From assembly GCA_010909165.1 (NCBI GenBank), contig MU008226.1, positions 79,624 through 143,623 of the forward strand: a stretch of DNA of 64,000 nt, read 5' to 3'. The notes beneath the pieces are model-generated. The model saw only the letters and a program-made list of their open reading frames with translations, made no database searches and was not told the origin of the DNA. Below, piece after piece: positions 25,050 through 38,009 of this stretch (the stretch's first letter is position 1; each line of letters opens with the position of its first letter). Source of the stretch: Anthoceros angustus (taxonomy: Eukaryota > Plantae > Anthocerotophyta). The translations under genes and the position numbers were made by a program.

Positions 25050-27720
25050 GAAAAGTTTGGGCAATCGGGTTTAAGTGAGTTGTTTTGAACAGTCCTAATG
25101 CTTTTGATAGAAATGGTTTGGTGGAAACATGCGAGAAATGTTTTTGTTCGATTGAAGCCGGAGTCGAGGGATGCCGGGAAGGCAGAGAGGATACTTAGGG
25201 GAAAAGAAACGGATCAAATGACCTTCTAGTGAGGAGGGTAGGAGACATATGTGAACTAGGAGATGTCCCACTGCGTGGTAGGAGGTATCCTACCACCGAG
25301 GAGAAACTCCTACCACGGTAGGCTAAGGAGAGAACTCCTACCCCGTAGGTATGGGTAGGAGAATGTCCCACCACCGTAGGTAAGCCTAGCTAGCTTTTGA
25401 TGACCCACCAGAGTAGCTCCTACCAGAGGGAAAAGGGTGAAGGCAATTAAGCCAAGGAAGTAGCTTGAGGTTGCCGCAAGCTGTTGATAGGCTTGCAGAG
25501 GCAAAGGCCTGATTATTGGGGACCACCACCAAGTTTGAGGGGAAGGCAAAGTAATTTGCCACATGTGTGGAAGAAGTGAGACATGGGTGTGCTCATATTG
25601 CTGAGATTTTGCAAGAAGGAGGACTGCTAGGTAGAGATGTGTGGCAAGGGTTGCTGGAAGATGGGCCAAGTGCCCGTAATGGTGGAATTGTGCAGGATCT
25701 GCTGCAGGCTCTAGGTTGGGAGCTCAAGATGAGAGAGGAGCAGAATCGGTGCAAGGATGGGAGCGAGGAGCTCATGTTGTGGGGTGAGCAGCCACAAGGG
25801 TTGCAAGAGGAGGCCATGTGCCGAGGCACATGGAAGTGCTCAATGGAGTCACGATGGGAGGATGGCATGATAGGCCGTGTGTTGAACTAGGAAAGGCCAT
25901 GGTAGAGCACTCACGGCAGCTGAATTTGTAGATGGGCTGCAAGATGGAGGTGTGGCCAAACCATAGGAAGGCGCGGTGTGGCCGCAACATGGTGAAGGGA
26001 TCACAACGGTGTGCATCATGACGGCGGAATTTGCGCAATGCAAGTCAAAGTGAAGGGAGGCCGTGTGGTGGCCGCGAGGAGAAATGGGTAGCAAGGAGGG
26101 TTGATACGAGATGTTGTTGAGGCGTGAGGAGTTCACCGGGAATAATTTTATTCGTGAGTGTTGTGTAGCCAATTGGTGTGTTGGACAATGAAGTAAGAAC
26201 TAAAGCGTTTAGGGGTGGATCAAGACCGAGATGGGGCCTTTTGTGTGAGGTGTTTCATTATGAGAACTAATTGGGAGAGTGTTTGGGTGGTGCACCCACG
26301 GAGTAGGTGTAGGTGGCACAGGGCATGGCACCCCACGTAGGGAGGAGGTGCAAGGGGAGGTGTAGTGCCCTACGAGAATGGAGAAGGTGTAGGGTGGTAG
26401 TGACGAGGGGCATGGCACCCCACCGAGGGAGGAGGTGCACCACGGGAGTGTAGGGCAGGGACGTGGAGAAGGTGTAGGGTAAGGGGGTGACATGTAGGGG
26501 TAGGAAGATGTGTAGGCGGCGTGTCCACAGTATATGTACCCACCGGGTAGGGAACAAGTAGGGAACAAGGTAGGGAACAAGTAGGGGATAGATGCGGTAG
26601 TATGTAGGGTGACCAGTGTGTGGTGGCCCCACATGGGTAGGATGTAGGTGCAGGCTCTCACTATAGTTAGGTAGGTAGATAGGTAGGATGAGAGTGTCTC
26701 ACCGTAGGGAGTGGTGAGGTCTCACAAGGGGTGCGACACCCTACTTGGATACAAGCTTACTTGATACTTGGGAAGCAAGTATAAGTACAAACCTAGGAAG
26801 TTGCTAAAGAGGGTCAGAGGCAAGGTTGTGGATAAATAGGATATATTAGGAATAATAGCACATAAATATGTGGGGTAGTGTAGGGTGTGGCCATGCAAGC
26901 GGGGTGTGTAGGGAGTGGCACCTAGGAAGCTCATGAGGAATTGCATAAGAGCAGGATGCATGGAAAGCTAGAGCAAGGACTTGGTGGGAACGCGAGCCCG
27001 TGTGTGCAAGGAGAAGGAGGTGTGCATAAGGAGTTGTGTGTGAAGGGATTTGAAGCACAACTGTGAAGAGGGCAACTGAATTTTTGTGCCTAGGACCTTG
27101 CAAGTGAGGGATTTGGGCACATAAGGAGTCATGTGTGAGGACATCAAGTTTGAGCTAGGTGGGACCGTGGAGTGAAGAGGAAGTAAGGAAAAGGGCTGAA
27201 GTTGCTCTGGTGGATTTTATGTGGCGAGTGAAGAAATCTCGCAATTGTGTGTAGACACCGAGGTGACAACTAGGTGGAAACGAGCATGTGGCTGCCCAAG
27301 CTTGTCTTGTTTGTGCGCTTATTTTGAAGGTACAAGATGGTGAAAGCGCTGCACCTAAGAAGGGCAAGTTGGTTGCTAGGGAGCCGTGAAGAGGAATGCT
27401 TGACGCATGTGGAGGCTAGGCACTGGTGGCATTCATATGCCGGATGCCCAACACATCCGGTGTATATGGAAGGGAGGATGACTCGGAGGAGGAAGAGGAA
27501 GGCATGGAGCAAGATCCGCCACGGAGACCTTCTTGCAGGAGAGTGGAGGCGGTATAAGAAGTTGACCCTACGTCCGTAGGAGGTGTAGAGGGTGGCCCTA
27601 CATCCGTAGGATCACCAGCGGTGCGACGAGACGCGGAGGTAATTGAAGGGTTGGTGGTAGCTTGGAGTGTGGGCTCATTGCTTGGGGAGACTTTCTTTAG
27701 AGGAGGACAGTTAATGCTTG
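25050..27720 (+). pseudogene. Inverted, diverged paralog of the left arm (module plus accessory ORF N-terminal part, ending in PTSVGG repeats)
   Basis: 25050-25215 matches the reverse complement of 50130-50300. 25790-26100 matches the reverse complement of 48520-48770. PTSVGG...PTSVG occurs at 27565-27610. Confidence 0.55.
26321..26590. repeat. Two ~89-bp tandem units plus three GTAGGGAACAA units
   Basis: GGCATGGCACCCCAC..AGGGAGGAGGTGCA...GGAGAAGGTGTAGGG at 26322 and 26410; GTAGGGAACAA x3 at ~26546-26581. Confidence 0.85.
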
Positions 27721-27757
27721 TCAACCCAAGAGGGTGTGTTGACTAGCTAGATAGGAA

Positions 27758-28954
27758 TGTTGTGAGCCATTAAGGCTCACATAGGTGAAGTTGCTAGAAT
27801 AGAATTTTACCCAAGATGCTTGGATGTCGAACTTAAAGTCCGACAATAGGATACACTAGAATAAGGAGTGAGGCAGGCTGAGGGCGCGCTGGAGGTCAGT
27901 ATGTGAGGACCTCCCTATAAAAGGAGGGAGCTTGAAGTAAAATTATCGTGTCTTGGCCTCCCAAACTCGCGAGTCCTTTGCTCCTTGAAGGAATTTCGTG
28001 CCGCAAGCTAACGAAGGTCCGGTAGAGAGGGAGTTTGTGGTCGGAGTGCTTGGCGGAGGCTCGCCCTTGCGGCGCCTCGCAGTTGCTCCCTTGTGAATGG
28101 TTGTGAAATTGCTTTGCTTTGGGTGTGTGGCGATGCCCAAGGAACTCGGCTTGAGGGTAGACTACAGGAAAGACTCGGAGGTTCTCGTCTGTGCAAACTC
28201 ATAGCAACCGCCCAAGGAAGAACTTGTTGGCTTGTAGGCACTCCTGTGCGCCAGCTGTAAGGCGAGCTAGGGCTGAGCTTGAAGTAAGGTTAGATTAGGA
28301 GGATGAGGAGTTGAGTTGAGGTGAGTGTTGAGGAGAATGTGGAGTGAATGTTGAGTAGAGGAGTAGGTAGAGATTAGGAGTAAGAAGAAGGCCCAAGTCG
28401 AGCCTAAGGGAGGGTCCCAACTGCACCAAACCGAGACCGGAAGCCGGGCTAAGGTCTCAAAATCACGGGGTGGAGAAGTCGCTACTGTAGGGGGTCCCTA
28501 CGCGTGAGACGGTGGACCTACTAGGTGGGACCCACGATCGTAGGATGTCGTGTAGGTCCAGAGTGGTGATTCACGAGCAAAGGGAGCCGCCGAGTTGGTG
28601 GTTGAGGGTGCCAATTGTGGGAAGGCGATGGGAAAGGAATAGTGGACGATCACGGGGTGGTGAAGTCGCTGCAACGTAGGGGGTCCACGCGTAGTCACGA
28701 CCCACCGCTGTGTGTGGACCTATAGTCGAGGGGTGTCGTCTAGAAGGAGATTGACTGAGCAAGATGGTGAGGCGTGCTGCTGGAGTGAGTTGAAGTTGCT
28801 CCACTGAGGGAGCTTGGGGTGGAAGAGGCGTGGTTTGTGCCTTGGATGTTGGTGACCGACAAACAAGAGTCTCATGGGACGCAAACCTATTGTACGACGA
28901 TGGGATAAGTGGCCACTAGAGGTGAATCTCGGAAGCCCCGGGGTTTTCCTCCCA
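27758..28954 (+). mobile_element. LTR (~1.2 kb), solo or 3' LTR
   Basis: TG...CA ends, preceded by AGATAGGAA. TATA CTATAAAA at 27915-27922. U5 motif GGATAAGTGGCC at 28903-28914. No PBS follows. Confidence 0.6.
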
Positions 28955-28959
28955 TGCTT

Positions 28960-30190
28960 AGGAAGAACCTCCTCCCTCGATATAGGTGTACGAGGAAGGT
29001 AGAGACAACCGATTCTTGCTCCTCCATCACCAAATGGTTTCTGCGCAACTCTCTTCATACGTAATGGTGGCCCAATCTACCAACTTTCCCTGGGACATCT
29101 CATACATCATCATTAAATGGGAATTTCCCAGGTACGTCTTCCTCGCCGCGCACGTTAGTCCTAGCCATATCTTGGCGAATAAATTCCACTTCCGCCTCCT
29201 TGAGCAGAGATCCTCCAGCCATTGCCTTGCGACCAAACTTCCTCCTTGGTCGTAGGAACATACTCAACCTCCTCCGGGACCGATTCTTGGAGAATCAACG
29301 GAATGATCCCTCCTTGTGGGCTTAGGTATCAAGTACGTATCCCGGAAATGTCGATCTTCCACATCCCGTGATGACTTTGACTGCCGCATCCTTGAAGGTC
29401 ATCCGCCTTGGTCACTCTCATTCGTAGCGCACACTCGAACCAAGGCTTAAAGTGCCACCTGGGCACCAAGTACACCATTCCATCTTCATCTCGGCATAAG
29501 CGCCGAACGCCTCAAAATCTCGAGGTGAATTTGGAGCCTACATACCGAACTCGGAATTGGGTGTTTCTTCCCTTTTCCCTTTGTGGGCGGTGTGGCCGGT
29601 GGAGGTTTCCTTCCCGTGGGCGTACCCCCGTTTCCTATCCTCACTATCTTCACCATCTGCACCGTGGGAGCACACACAAGGATAGCAAGATTGGAGAGAT
29701 TGGAGAGTAATCTATCAGACTAAGAGAGGTGAGCAAAGAAGTGGTGGTTTGGGTGAGGCAGCAGCAAGGGGGAAAACTTCCCGTGCTCTTCAACAGTCTG
29801 GGCCTCAACACAACCACCAAGAGGTGGCCTTGGCCCCCTTCAATCTCCCCTCCAGCATTTTCTTCACTCGCCTGTTTTACGCCTGGTAGTCCTCCGCAAG
29901 CTCTTCCCTTCCAGCGCCTCTCCAACAATCGCTCCTCCGCTTGAGTACCTCCACTCGCGCGCCCTGCGGACCCCCTCCGGACTCTTCTCCAGCAACTTCT
30001 CGTGGCACACTCACTAACGCCTGCGACCTCTTCATGCCTTCATCACCTAATACTGGCCACCGCTGCCGCGCCCTTGCGCTTTCCTTCCAGCCTGCCTGGG
30101 CCCATGCAATAATCACCGTCGCTCGCATCTGCGTCTTCTTCCTTGAGCGTAAGCTCCTCTTACCTCTCCTTTTGGCCACCGCTGTCACGC
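28960..30190 (-). pseudogene. Unknown TE-accessory-like ORF remnant
   Basis: Fragments PPTKGKGKK, GKLVDWATITYEE and VVSTFLVHLYRG. It is truncated at the LTR end. Confidence 0.4.
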
Positions 30191-30519
30191 ACGCCGGTTC
30201 AAACCACGGCTAACGATTTGCGATATGCAACCGCCTTTAATTGCGCTCCTCCGGATGGTCGCCACATGTTCGGTTCAAAACTCCGGCTATTTTCTATTTA
30301 CAACCTAACTAGCCCTATTTGGCATGTATAGCCATCCATGCGGAATCTAAATAATTCAAGGCCAAGGAACTTCTTATCCGATATTCCTACTTCCGGGTCC
30401 AAGGAACCTATCATGACTATCTTGTCCCGCGAAACTCATCATGTATGCGGTAAGGAGGCAAGAAGGTGAGGCGCCAAATTGGGGAGTAATTTCCTTCCTT
30501 CGAAGCACTTGGAGAAAAG

Positions 30520-30830
30520 CCAAGCGCCATGCCTCGAGCTGGGAAAGGCAAAGGGAAGGAGCCGCTTGCCAAAGCCTCCTCCTCACGAGGAGGTAAAGGA
30601 AAGAAGGCGGCAGCGGAGGGTGCGCCGCCAGGAGGGGGTGAAGTCGAGATGCCCCAATTCACTTGTTTTGCGGGGTAGCTCAACCCCAGGGATTTGGTCG
30701 ATTTTCAGCAGTGGGCGGAGGAGGAGAACATCCAATTGGGATGGGTGTATGGCCGCCAGTGGGCCTACACTAATTTGAAATTGATTGAGGAGTGTTATTA
30801 AAGATATGCATAAAGATATTGCCTCGGGAT
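30520..30830 (+). pseudogene. Short basic ORF remnant (MPRAGKGKGKEPLAK...)
   Basis: Read directly from 30520; a similar KGK start is seen at 37638 (-). Function unknown. Confidence 0.25.
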
Positions 30831-31939
30831 CATGCAATGCGGGTGTGAGAATAGAGCATGTGGAAGAAGTAGACGCAAGCAAGGAATCACGAAAGAGAGT
30901 GTATTAAAGAGGAAATAGCACAAGGCTATATACATCAAGTAAAGCGGTTATTGAAACCATAACTAAAATGTAGAACTAACTTTAACCTAGGCTAGGATAC
31001 TTAAGGTACTAACGGGTTTTCTATACTCCCACTTAGTTTTAGCATTTTGAAACATAAATGAGGAATCAGTATTCTATGTACCGAGAAACATAATGAATCT
31101 CGACTCGCTAAACGTGAGAACTGCCCTACACCGCCCGTCCTCCACCTCATCACGCCACGCCACGCCCAAGGCTCCAATAAGAACAAAGAATGGCCACACT
31201 CGCCATGTAACTCAAGGCCTCCTAGTGTGACCATCTTCATCTTGGGTGTCCTCACGTGGCGATCCATACAAGTTGTTGTCTCACTCCGACCGGTGCGAGA
31301 TGTCGGATTCTTCGCAGGCCTCAAGTGTCTTGGATGTGAGAGGTCAGGGGTTCCGTCACCTCAACGCCACCCACTCTCCACGCAATGTCTTGCCCCGACT
31401 CCAACATAGTCTCTTCAACACGCCGGGCTCTCCTCTCGCCATGATCGCTCAAAGGCAAAGAAGGAGGGTGCAGAACTGACAATAGAGGCAACCCAAAACA
31501 GTGTTTTGTCGCCTCTTCGCAGATTTTCATGCAACACTAAAGGAGACCGAGTACAAGCTCAAGAAAACGGGAATGGCATGTGGCTATGGACCCAACCAGG
31601 AGGAATCAACTAACTACATGAAAGTTCCTCGCCCATAGACTCAAGATGAAGCTTACATGGAGAGGGAGGGATGAAGCCCGCAAGGAGTGTCACAAAGGAA
31701 AAGAGGAAGAAAAAGGTGGAGAAGAAACCTGAGCCACATGTGACAGAAACTGGCTTGCTGGTCACCTATGGCACTGAACTTTCCAGCCGCTTATGTTTGT
31801 GCTATCACTGACCCACCTTACGTTCATGCAGCACTTCCTGAGGAGTTTGCCAAGGCTGATAGGGCTAGAGAAGAACTGACCAAAACTACGAGCAAGGACA
31901 AACTCCACACAAGGATTAGTTAGTGGGCGGTCTGACACA

Positions 31940-34620
31940 AGGTATCAAGCATACACCAGCAGTGCTTCTCATGAGTGGGTTTAGAGTGCCTTTGTGAGGA
32001 GATCGAAACATTGTCTCCGGGCACATATGATATCACATTACCTCACCATTTTCGCCGCTTGTCGAATGAAGTGGTGACTAATTTCAATATGTTTCAACGT
32101 GCATGGAATACCGGGTTCTTGGTGAGTGCAAGATCGGTTGTACGCAGTGGTGTTGGACCATCTGTTGTTGTAACCTTTAGGAAACTCGGATCCGTATGAT
32201 CTCCTTTGATGCCCGAGTCATGGATGCATATTCGCCTCGTTGAGGAGAAAGGCAGTTGGTATCTTCTTGCTTGACCATGACACACTGAGGTGCCCAAAAG
32301 TGCACACGCAGCCACACTGCCCTCGTGTTCGGATCTCCCGCCACGGCATCACAATATGCCGAAGGTTCGTGCCACCATTAGACTTCCTAAAACGCAGCCC
32401 TTCCTTGCCTTCCTTGAGATAGCGAAAAATTCGCTTCTCGCCGATCAAGGTGGTTTCTAAGAATTGGCTTACAGCTCCCACTGCCCTAGTAATGTCCATC
32501 CTGGTCCAACTTGAAAGGTAGATGAGAGAGCCCACGGCTTGCCTATAAGGAGTGCCCATCATGGCTTGCTTCTCTTCCGGAGTTGTAGGACAATCGCTCA
32601 AGGGATGCTTTTTCTCCCATCGCCATGGGGTTGCCTGCTTTGCATCAAGCATATTAAAACGCCTCAAGGAGTTGATGGACAAAGTGCTCTTGATGGATAT
32701 CAATGGTTGTCGGCCTTGTTGAAATGGAACCCAACACCTGTGGAGAAGGTCAACTCGCCTAACCGCCATCTCAAACTTGGAAAGCGAATCGCCTTGATCT
32801 TAGCCATCATCACAGGAGAATTGCTAAAGAGGAAGTTTTCATCCGCATAAACCGTGAGTATCACAAACTCATCACCGCTCCAGAGAATACACACTCGTGT
32901 CAAGATCAAGACAAGTGAATCCGAGTTCTATGAGCAGCTTATGGAATACCTCGCACAAGCCCTAGAAGCTTGCTTGAGGCCATATAAGGTTTTAAGGGCC
33001 TGACCTTATCCTCATCAATAGTAAAGCCTTGTGGCACATATAAATATCTTCCTCAAGCAGGCCATTCAGAAACGCTGTTTTCACATCCAACTGATGCACC
33101 AGAAGATTGTAATGGGAGGCTATGGCTAAGAGGATTCTTACTGACGTAGATTTAACAACTGGTGCAAAAGTTTCGATATAATCAAGGCTGTGATCCGCTA
33201 TAGCCTTTAGCAACCAAACGTGCTTTGTATCTTCCTATAGTGCCATCAGTATTGAGCTTTTTCTTGAAGACCCATTTGCACTCAACAGGTTTTCTACCTT
33301 TGAGAAGGTCAACAAGTTTCCAGGTTTGGTTTTTGATGAGGGACTGATATTCAGAATCTATAGCAGCTTTCCAAAAAACGGATTCTGGTCCTTCTACAGC
33401 TTCCTTGTATGTAGCTGGTTCACCTAAGGAGGCCGAGAGAAGGCGCATATATGCTAGGATCCAAGTAAGGAGACCATTGGAAAGGAGGTTCTTGCCACTC
33501 ATGCATAGGTTTTCATGCAGAGGAACGCGTCTAAGGGGATCTTGGATTAGTCTCAACATCTGAGGGTTCTCGTGTTCGACCGACTCAACGAGTGCATCGT
33601 ATGTTCGTTCGACTCAACTTGGTTTGAAATAATCACTGAATCATCATCATGGCTAACGATAGTTGAGTGTTGACAGCTGAACGGGCTGCTGTGGAATGTT
33701 GCCGGTGGCCCCGGTAATCCGGGAAGGAGATCGTCGTCATCAAAAGTGACGCGTCAGATCAATCGGTGTCCTCAATTCCATGTATGGAAGCTGGTTGAGG
33801 ATCTCGAGGTTGTAAGGTAGCTAGATGGTCGAAGAAGAGCTGTCATAAAGATCACACTACGAGCAAGAGTGAGTTGTCTCGAAGTAGGATCAAAGAGCTT
33901 ATATCCCTTCACCTCATCAGAATATCCAACAAAGACATGTCGTGAGGCTCTCGGATCCAACTTTGAGCGTTGAGAAGGAGGTACCAAGGCATAAGCTGGG
34001 GAACCAAAAATTCGGAGGTGTTGAACCCTTGGTTTCTTACCAGTCCAACGTTCAAAAGGAGTGATCTTCCCAAGCTCCTTGGTGGGAAGAGTTCCCGGAC
34101 ATAGTTGGCTGCCATCAAAGCTTCGCCCAATAACCACGGGTCACCCAAGAAAGGTGAGGGATGCCAAAGTAGCCTCTTGCAAGGTTCTCGTTCTTCCTCT
34201 CGGAGAAAGCATTCTCACCGAGGTGTGTAGGGGATGGAGTTGATGCGTAATCCTTCTTGTTCGCAAAAGGAGTTGAATGCATTGCTTGTGTACTCACCCC
34301 ATTGTCATTCGCAAAACTTACTTTGCAAGAAGTGCAGCTGAGCAAATTTGACATATGATTTGAAACGATAAAGCCTCACTCTTATGACGAAGGATGTATG
34401 TCAGATTCCGCCTCACTCATCGATGAAGGTGATGAAGTAGTTGCCTCCACCAAAAGAGCTAGTGGACATGGGACCACAAATGTATGTATGGTGTGGAGCA
34501 GCGTCGCCTCCGCTAAGGTTCTCATCCTTGTATGGCGAGACTATGGGCTTTGCTAAGTTGGCATGCTTCACGAAGCATCGAGAATCAAAGGAAAAATCAA
34601 GAGGCTCTGTGGTCCGTGGA
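31940..34620 (-). mobile_element. Ty1/Copia integrase-RT-RNase H fragment
   Basis: EACQLSKAH (CxxC half), CGPMSTSSFGGGNYFITFIDE, HLRIFGSPAYALVP, EPATYKEAV, KWVFKKK..RYKARLVAKGY, QLDVKTAFLNG, VYADE, SWSSKK, NPVFHAR..KHIEISHHFIR. Confidence 0.95.
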
Positions 34621-34699
34621 GTGATTTTCTAAACCAAGTGGTCACAAAGAGGCCACATTTACCCTCTTTATCGTTGTAGACTTGAGATCTGCACAAGGG

Positions 34700-36560
34700 A
34701 GTGATTTCGTGTCAAGACAACCAAAACATAGCCAATCCAACCAACATGCATACACACCAAACATCTAGCGCCATGCACGCATTACTACCCTAACAACACT
34801 CGGACATGGCTATCTTAGCCACGCGACTGCTACCTTAGCAACGATGCATCTTGCTAACTTAGCAACCACCCTCATTTCTAGCAGAGGGGTCCACCTTGGG
34901 ATCAGTCCGCTATTAATAGGGGTGGGTCCTGTCGGGATCCAAGTGGATAAGGCTGATCTCTCCCTCTCTCTCTCTCTCTTATTCATCCACAAGGTTAGAT
35001 CCACCAATGTGATTCGCTCCCATAACTCTTTTCCCTCACTCTTGCAAGACTTCTTCGACTCCTTGCTCGTCCAGCCTTTCAGCTCACCTTCCGCTGCAGA
35101 CCCTTCCGTCTCACATTCCCTTGGGGTGCCTCTCGCAGCCCTCCACACTCCAAGTTTCCCCAGCCTCTTCAACTCCCTTTGTTCTCACACCTCACCCACC
35201 CATTCAATCTGCACTTCCCTCCTCACCTCCTCTCTCCAGCCTCACAAGGTTCTCATCCAGACCTTACAACCCCTCACCAACTCTCAAAATACTTGCTCAA
35301 TGCCCGCAATCATTCCATCTCATCCACTCACGGATCTTCAACCTCCACTCACCTCTCTCTTCTTCAAAGAACACAAACATCACCATGACTTCTCCATTCC
35401 TTCTTACCCCTCTCAAACAGCCGATCAGCAACTCCATATCCAAAGATTTTCCACTTCTCTCATAGTTCACTTGTCCCTCTCATTTTCCAAACACCAAATC
35501 TCCAACACACGAAAATTCAAACACAAGGTGAGTACTAGACTAGCAAGGGAATGAGGAAGAGTCCGGACAGCCTCCCCGCTTCACAACCCCTTCCTCTTGA
35601 CCTTGAAACTCCCCAAGGAGACCTCAAGGCTCCTCCCTTGCTTTCCACCACCCTTGGATCGGCCACAGATCTAGGCAACTTGGTGGTCTTCTTGGCTTCG
35701 TGACAAAGAGTGTCTAGACTTACAAAGACCGGATCCGTACTCCCCAAACCCCGTGCTCATTTCAAACACCAAGACCTTGAACCAACATTGCTTACATTTC
35801 ATCAAGAGGGGCGCCTCTTATACCCAAGATCAGCCCACAAAAGTAGCTTGGCCGCCACAAAATACCAATGCCTTAGCCTACCAATCCTAGAGGCCTATCT
35901 CTATCAATTGTCCACTAAGAGAGAGATAAGATTTATACTATCTATAACACATGGGCCTTTAGCTATTTCGTGGTCACTTACCCTATTATCTCTCCTAGGC
36001 CTCCTAGCCCCATGCTCCTCTTGCTCTCCTCCCTCTTGGCTGGTTGGGCAAACTCCCACAAAATCTCCACCTCCTCGAGGACTCCTCCTCTCTTGTGCTC
36101 GCAACATAGCCTAGTACTCCTCCTCTGAGCTCTTGAATCTGGATGGGTCGGCCGAAAGTCTCCCATAAGAGTCCAACCCATAGGTAGGATCCAAAGGCTG
36201 CCAAGGCATGGATCAAGTACCTCCATGTTCCCCATTACTTCCGCTCGGTATTTCTGATTTCGCCCAAATAGGTTTTCCGAATTTATCGGAAAATAACTCC
36301 GACTTGGTTGCTACCATAGCAACAGCTCGAGTTGTTGTCATAGCAACAGTCCTGTTAGCAACGGCCCTAGCAACTGCTAGCAACCTACGAGCAGCCAACC
36401 TCCAAGGTTACATCAGATTAGGACTAGACTCTCTTCCTCCTACTAGGCTCTAGTAGACTTTTCTTATTTCCTAACCTACTTCACATTCCAACTCCACACG
36501 ATTCTCACAACTTAAACACAAAACAAAAAAACACTCCTTTTAGAAGTGCAGTACCCATGT
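34700..36560. other. ~1.9-kb unrelated segment between Copia pieces; includes (CT)n at ~34958-34979 and an LTR-like TATA (GTATAAGAGG, minus strand, ~35815-35823)
   Basis: No Copia coding similarity. GCGCCTCTTATAC resembles GCCCCTCTTATAC of LTR 45421. Confidence 0.4.
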
Positions 36561-36569
36561 GGTCACCAC

Positions 36570-37400
36570 AAGGTCTCACCTTTTATGAGGGTTCCAAGAC
36601 GTTGGAAATTGACATGACCTAAACGACAATGCCAAAGCTGAGTAGATGGTGTTCTTGCAATGTGGACATAAGGGCTGTCAGTGGTTGCAGTGGAGACATC
36701 AAGCAAGTAGAGGTCATGGAAACAGGTTCCGCTAAAGAGATTCTGACCTGACTTGGTGATGGTACACCCTTTCTGGTCAAAAAACACACGACAGTTGTGG
36801 TCCTGGGCCAACTTTATGACGGACATGAGATTCTTCGTCATTGAAGGTACATAAAGTACATCACTCAAAATGAGATGAGAGGAGTTTGGCAGAAGGATTG
36901 TGACAGAACCTGTTCCCTTGATGAAGAGCCCACTATCATCACCCAGAAGAACAAACTGCTTAGCATCATCACCGGAATGGCCGGAAAAAGCAGACTTGTT
37001 GAAACAAATGTGGTAGTAGCACGAATCTAAGAACGAGAGGTGGTCTCGATAGTGGATATGTTGCCGGGGATGGTAGGTTGCTTAGCTTTGCTCATAGTGA
37101 GGTTGCTCTCTGCGGTGCCTTCTCGTGGCTCTCCTTGTTTCTTCTTACGATAGCCTCGCTCATAATGGCCGGGAATTTTACACCAATTGCAAACAAAGGT
37201 CTTCTTGGCGTTGTTGCTATTAGAGGCCAGTGATTGAGTGGGAAGCCACGTCCCTGCCTCGGCCCAAGCCGCCCACGTCCTCTGGGGAAAAGCACCCTTG
37301 CTCCACGGATGAACTTAGCACATGGCTTGTGAAATGCCAGAACATTCTTGACAAGAGTGCTCAATAACTTCCCTAGTGGCTTGAGTTTGGCTGCTTTGCG
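36570..37400 (-). mobile_element. Ty1/Copia gag knuckle-protease-pre-integrase fragment
   Basis: FVCNWCKIPGHYERGYRKK (CCHC knuckle with last C>Y), FLDSCYYHICFNK (protease), LSDVLYVPSMTKNLMSV, LWHCRLGHVN. Confidence 0.92.
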
Positions 37401-38009
37401 ATTGCCTAACGGCTTGAATGGTCACATCTCGCGCTCCTTCTTCTCGAGCCAAACAAGACCACCCCAACACACAAATCAGCGTTAGGCTCGGGCGCCTCTG
37501 CCGGCCAATTTCCTCGTGATTTCTCGGGGCAGGCGCGCGATAGGGTAGTCGCGATTCTTCTTCCACTCTCAAGTTCTTCAACCTCGCCTCCGGCGCCCCA
37601 ACCTCGTGCCTCTTGCCCTTGGCGGCTCCTTCCGGCACTAGCGTGCCGCTCTATTCTTGGGTTCGGAGGCCCCTCGATGTTCGGGCTCGGTGCACTGTCT
37701 CCTTTCCTCTTGCCTAGGGTTTCCTCCTTCATTGCCATACCCGGCTCCCTTGCACGCAAGTCGCGTGATCGGCAATAGCAACTTCCTTTTCTTCTTCTCG
37801 CGCTTCCCTTACGCTCCGTCTGGGGTCTCGCGAAGGAGGGCGCCTCGGCTAAAGAGGAAGTTGGCGCCGCCAAAGCGCACTTGCCTTCTGTGGATTCTGC
37901 CACAGGCTTCCCAACTAGTTTGGGTCATCATTAAATTACCTAATCAGCGCCATTTTCCTATCCCTGCTCGCTTATCGCTAATTATTAACACTAATTATTC
38001 TACATATTT

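Noticed and set aside
26209-26661. Pro/Tyr/Thr-rich minus-strand ORFs resembling extensins
   Set aside because: They are antisense translations of a G-rich tandem repeat and lack SPPPP blocks and a signal peptide.
31768-31923. AITDPPY peptide resembling motif IV of amino-DNA methyltransferases
   Set aside because: It is an isolated 4-residue match in a ~50-codon frame. No FxGxG SAM-binding motif lies nearby, and a Copia RNase H begins just beyond it.
31975-32199. Plus-strand ORF MGLECLCEE...
   Set aside because: It is the reverse complement of the Copia RNase H (KHIEISHHFIR).
36305-36347. RFX X-box-like GTTGTCATAGCAAC
   Set aside because: Imperfect match, and RFX factors are not known from plants. 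It is kept only as a descriptive motif cluster.
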